This document shows positions 59,761 to 64,000 of a DNA stretch of 64,000 nucleotides, one piece after another (the stretch's first letter is position 1; every line of letters starts with the position of its first letter). The stretch lies in contig JANJGN010000646.1 of the NCBI GenBank assembly GCA_026770705.1, forward strand, positions 186,001 through 250,000, read 5' to 3'. The position numbers and the translations under genes were made by a program. Origin of the DNA: Isurus oxyrinchus. Taxonomy: Eukaryota. The notes beneath the pieces are model-generated. The model saw only the letters and a program-made list of their open reading frames with translations, did not search any database and was not told the origin of the DNA.

Positions 59761-62700
59761 GTATGTGAGTGATGTTGAAGTTTGCTTTAACTCACATTCC
59801 ACAGTGATGGTTATGGACCCCTCCACTGCTCCATGTTCATTCTCTGCCACACACTGATAGTCTCCAGTGTCCCTGGATGTAACGTGAGGAATCACCAACC
59901 ACAGCTCATTGTTGGAACTTGTTCTGTTCATTGTGACATTAAGATGTCGCCACGTCAGGTTAGAAGCTGGGAAGCTCTCAACAGAGCAGATTATCACTGC
60001 AGAATTCCCCTCAATTATATTGATCGATGAAGTGTTAATCATATCAAGAGAAGTAATTGAGAGATTCCGTGGTGCATCTGAAAACATATAAAGATTTCAT
60101 TGTGAACAAGGCTCCACGCTCCATTTCTCTCTATCTGGTATCTGCTTTCATTTCAAGGTATCTTACCCATTATAAGTTACTATGTCAACATCTATAATGG
60201 TCACGGCTGGTGTGTTTCTTTAGGGACATTCATGGGAAGTGGGTGTCACTGGTTAGGCCAACATGTATTACCCATCCCTAATTGTCCTTGAGAAGCTGGT
60301 GGTGAGTTTTTCACCCCAACAGATTTCCCAGCTTCTGACCTGCTCCTAAAGCCACAGTTATTATGGCCGGTCCAGTTAGTTGTTTTGTTAACATCCTCCA
60401 GGATGTTGATGGTAGGGGATTCAGCAATGGTAAAGTGATTGAATATCAAGGGGAGATGGTTAGATTGCCTCTTGTTGGAGATGTTCACTGCCTGGTACTT
60501 GTGTGGTGTGAACATTACTTGTCATTTCTCAGCCCAAGCTGAAAGTTGCTCAGCTCTTGCTGCATGTGGATATGTAAACTGTCACGCTGTAATTACAGCC
60601 TTCCACCAGATGAGACACTGTTGTGCTAGAAGAAAAGAAAATGTCTATCACATCATCAGGATGTTCACAGGGATTTGACTGTTGAAGAATTGCTTTAGAA
60701 TAATGGGGTATTGAGTGATAAACCTACAATTCTCTGTGCAGGGGGCTGCTCGTCCAATACAGGGTCTTGTTCAGCTGATGTCGTCAGTGTTTCAGAGCAG
60801 AATCTGGAGCAACACTCCAGTGCAGCACAGGGAGAACAGACAACTCACACATGTCTGTGTGTGTGTGAGCAAGCACACGTGTGATTCTGTATGTATGCTT
60901 GTGTGTGTGAGCATACAGGCGTGCACACCTGTGCAGACATGGGATTGAATATGAACGNNNNNNNNNNNNNNNNNNNNNNNNNNNNNNNNNNNNNNNNNNN
61001 NNNNNNNNNNNNNNNNNNNNNNNNNNNNNNNNNNNNNNNNNNNNNNNNNNNNNNNNNNNNNNNNNNNNNNNNNNNNNNNNNNNNNNNNNNNNNNNNNNNN
61101 NTAACTCACATTCCACAGTGATAGTTATGAACCCCTCCACTGCCCCTTGTTCATTCTCTGCCACACACTGATAATCTCCAGTGTCCCTGGATGTAACGTG
61201 AGGAATCACCAACCACAGCTCATTGTTGGAACTTGTTCTGTTCATTGGGACATTAAGATGTCGCCACGTCAGGTTAGAAGCTGGGAAGCTCTCGACAGAG
61301 CAGATTATCACTGCAGAATTCCTCTCAATTATATTTATCGATGAAGCGTTAATCATATCAAGAGAAGTAATTGAGAGATTCCGTGGTGCATCTAAAAACA
61401 AATAAAGATTTCATTGTGAGGAAGACTCAATGCTTCGTCTCTCTCTTTCTGGTGTCCATGTGCATTCCAAAGTGTCATCCCCATTATAAGTTCCTATGTC
61501 AACATTAATGATGGTCACTGCATGTATTTTTCTATTTGTACATTCAAAGGAAGTGGGTGTCGCTGGTTAGGCCAGCATTTATTACCCATCCCTAATTGCC
61601 CTTGTGAAGTGTATTTACGACCGAGATAGATAGATTCTTGATAGGTAAGTGGATCAAAGGTTATGGGGAGAAGCTGGAGAATGGGGTTGAGAAACTTATC
61701 AACCATGATTGAATGGTGGAGCAGACTCGATAGGCTGAATGGCCTAATTTCTCCTCCTATGTCTTATGGTCTTATAGAAGGTGGTGGTGAGTTATTCCCC
61801 CCCACAGACTCCCCAGCCTCTGACCTGCCCCTGTAGCCACAGTATTTATGGCCCGTCCAGTTAGGTGTTTGGTTAACATCCCCCAGGATGTTGATCGTGG
61901 GAGATTCAGTGATGGTAAATTCAATGAATATCAAGGGGAGATGGTTAGATTCTCTCTTGTTGGAGATGATCACTACCTGGTCCTTGTGTGGCGTGAATAT
62001 TACTTGTTATTTCTCAGCCCAAGCTGAGTGTTGCTCAGCTCTTGCTGCGTGTGGATATGTAAACTGTCACGCTGTAATTACAGCCTTCCACCAGAGGAGA
62101 CACTGTCGGGCTAGAAGAAAAGAAAATGTCTTTCACATCATCAGGATGTTCACAGGGATTTGACAGTGGAGGAATTGCTTTAGAATAATGGGGTATTGAG
62201 TGATAAACCTACAATTCTCTGTGCAGGGGGCTGCTCGTCCAATACAGGGTCTTGTTCAGCTGATGTCGTCAGTGTTTCAGAGCAGAATCTGGAGCAACGC
62301 TCCAGTGCAGCACAGGGAGAACAGACAACACACACATGTCGGTGTGTGTGAGCAAGCACACGTGTGATTCTGTATGTATGCTTCTGTGTGTGAGCATACA
62401 GGCGTGCACACCTGTGCACATGTGGGATTGCACATGAATGCTTGTTTGTATGCATGTGTGTATGTGTATGTGTGTGTGTGTGAATATGTGAGAGTGATGT
62501 TGAAGTTTGCTTTAACTCACGTTCCACAGTGATGGTTATGAACCCCTCCACTGCTCCATGTTCATTCTCTGCCACACACTGATAGTCTCCAGTGTCCCTG
62601 GATGTAACGTGAGGAAACACCAACCACAGCTCATTGTTGGAACTTGTTCTGTTCATTGTGACATTAAGATGTCGCCACGTCAGGTTAGAAGCTGGGAAGC

Positions 62701-62802
62701 TCTCGACAGAGCAGATTATCACTGCAGAATTCTCCTCAATTATATTGACCGATGAAGCGTTAATCATATCAAGAGAATTAATTGAGAGATTCTGTGGTCC
62801 AT
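55067..62802 (-). CDS. Gene D (5'-incomplete): at least 4 C2 repeats, TM, 3 cytoplasmic exons
   Basis: Phases are consistent: 1-1 (x4), 1-2, 2-0, 0-0, 0-stop. Confidence 0.78.
55282..55633 (+). repeat. 24-bp minisatellite (TTGATTATTGATACTGAACGGGGT), ~14 copies
   Basis: Direct inspection; 8-aa ORF periodicity. Confidence 0.95.
55769..55873 (-). CDS. Gene D cytoplasmic exon KRGEGKAGIKSNHHADEYRGPVYENCERGWALRNQ
   Basis: ctattacag acceptor, CAG/gtgagt donor, 105 nt. Confidence 0.75.
55940..56215 (-). mobile_element. CR1 3' fragment
   Basis: RKHFFTQRGVEIWNSLP; similar to 1540-1800. Confidence 0.8.
56385..56525 (-). promoter_or_regulatory. Fourth copy of the first-exon/promoter module, inside a gene D intron
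   Basis: 56225-56510 matches 52010-52300 and 43630-43920. Confidence 0.45.
56595..56694 (-). CDS. Gene D cytoplasmic exon RSTSTPGVSSELKLAQRLLSFTQESRHRVRTQK
   Basis: ctgttccttcag acceptor; 100 nt, phase 2-0 as required after the TM exon; donor AAG/gttaac is weak. Confidence 0.6.
57172..57268 (-). CDS. Gene D TM exon RDSNEWKAGLLGAGICLSVGLSGFFIFKCVRK
   Basis: 97 nt, same boundaries as the A/B TM exon but diverged in sequence. Confidence 0.87.
58527..58808 (-). CDS. Gene D C2 repeat exon
   Basis: 282 nt, intact. Confidence 0.9.
59796..60077 (-). CDS. Gene D C2 repeat exon
   Basis: 282 nt, intact. Confidence 0.9.
61110..61391 (-). CDS. Gene D C2 repeat exon
   Basis: 282 nt, intact. Confidence 0.9.
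62521..62802 (-). CDS. Gene D C2 repeat exon
   Basis: 282 nt, intact. Confidence 0.9.
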
Positions 62803-63599
62803 CTAAAAATATATAAAGATTTTAATGTGAGCAAACACAGTGCACAGCAAAACTTCCTGTATCATCTCGCTGTAACTGATGCCTGTGTGCATTTCTAGGC
62901 ACCTTCTCTCAAGATAAATTCCTATGTCACATTTACAATGGGCACTGCCTATGTAAACTGTCACACTGCAGGAGCATTCTCCCACCAGAGACCCTGCCCA
63001 TCCAGATTTAAAGAAACTGCCTTTCACATCCTCAGAATGTCCCCAAGGGCTTGACAGGCAATGAATTGTATTTGATTGATGGAGCACTGAGGGGTAAATC
63101 TACAATTCTCTGTTCAGGAGGTTGCTCATCCAATTCAGGGTCTTGTTGATCTGGAGTTTACCTTCCTTCAACACAGAATCGGAGCTGACACCGAGACTCC
63201 AGTGCAGCACTGAGTGAGGAGAGGGAGCTCACATGTGTGTATGTGTGTGTGTTTGTGTTTCTGCACAAGTGAGTGTGTTTGTGTGTGTGTATGTGTGTGT
63301 TTGTGTTTCTGCACNNNNNNNNNNNNNNNNNNNNNNNNNNNNNNNNNNNNNNNNNNNNNNNNNNNNNNNNNNNNNNNNNNNNNNNNNNNNNNNNNNNNNN
63401 NNNNNNNNNNNNNNNNNNNNNNNNNNNNNNNNNNNNNNNNNNATGTGCGTGCTTACGTGTGTGTGCGTATGTGCGTGTGTGTGTGTGCGTGTGTGTGTTG
63501 TGTGTGTGCACGTGTGCGTGTGAATGTGCGTGCTTACATGTGTGTGTGTGTCTGTTGGTGTGTGTCTGGTCTGTGTAACCTGTAAACCTAACCCTTCCA

Positions 63600-64000
63600 C
63601 ACTGATGGTCACGAACACCCCCCACTACCAACAAATTTATCTCAGTAAGGAACATGGCACTGCCAACCTCGTCAATACCATCTTCTAAACGGGGGATTGG
63701 GTAGGAATCTGGTTTTATTGCTGCATTAACCTTTCTGTAATCTATGCAGAATCTGGTTAGAAATGAAATACCTGCTCCTTTTTACCTCCCTCCCTACGAT
63801 GGTATCGTTTTAACATATTGATGTGTCACAGCCGATTCTTTATTCTACAATCTGGGGTGTCTATCAAATAATTTACTTGACCAACCCTCCTAATTACCTT
63901 GTGGGGACCACTGAACCGCGCTTTCAGAGGCTCCCCCTGCCAAGGCAATGATACTAACACGTCATCCCCCTGGTTGTGATGTTCGGGTCACAGCTTGCCT
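63600..64000 (-). mobile_element. Ty3/Gypsy pol remnant: integrase GPY/F tail followed by RT
   Basis: PGDDVLV..PLKARFSGPHKV..VNYLI..HINMLKRY, then RFCIDYRKVNAAIKPDSYPIPRLED. Confidence 0.85.

Noticed and set aside
4594-62802. Assigning MAG, CD22, SIGLEC1 or SIGLEC15 symbols
   Set aside because: Domain counts and tails do not match one-to-one, and orthology needs phylogeny and synteny.

Overview
Vertebrate genomic DNA, most likely from a cartilaginous fish (inferred from the 33-bp CAGTGCAGCACTCCCTCAGTACTG satellite and the CR1/L2 repeat content). The window holds a tandem cluster of four minus-strand, multi-exon Siglec/CD22/MAG-like Ig-superfamily receptor genes, reconstructed by hand from splice sites and exon phase. 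Gene A (4594-20684): leader, V-set with the sialic-acid Arg, C2, an array of near-identical 282-nt C2 exons, TM, and an ITIM/ITSM tail. Gene B (26730-43340): leader, two V-set exons (the outer one lacks the Arg), C2, TM, and a partly disarmed tail. Gene C (47511-51742): damaged ectodomain exons but an intact TM exon with an intramembrane Arg and a short Tyr-free tail, i.e. activating-type; this frame is absent from the ORF track. Gene D (55067->62802, 5' end outside the window): C2 array, TM, and a different tail rich in YxN motifs. Together they look like a rapidly recombining paired inhibitory/activating Siglec-like system. The rest is LINE/LTR debris, mini- and microsatellites, and N runs. 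Most other ORF-track entries are repeat artefacts. All gene models are predictions without transcript evidence.
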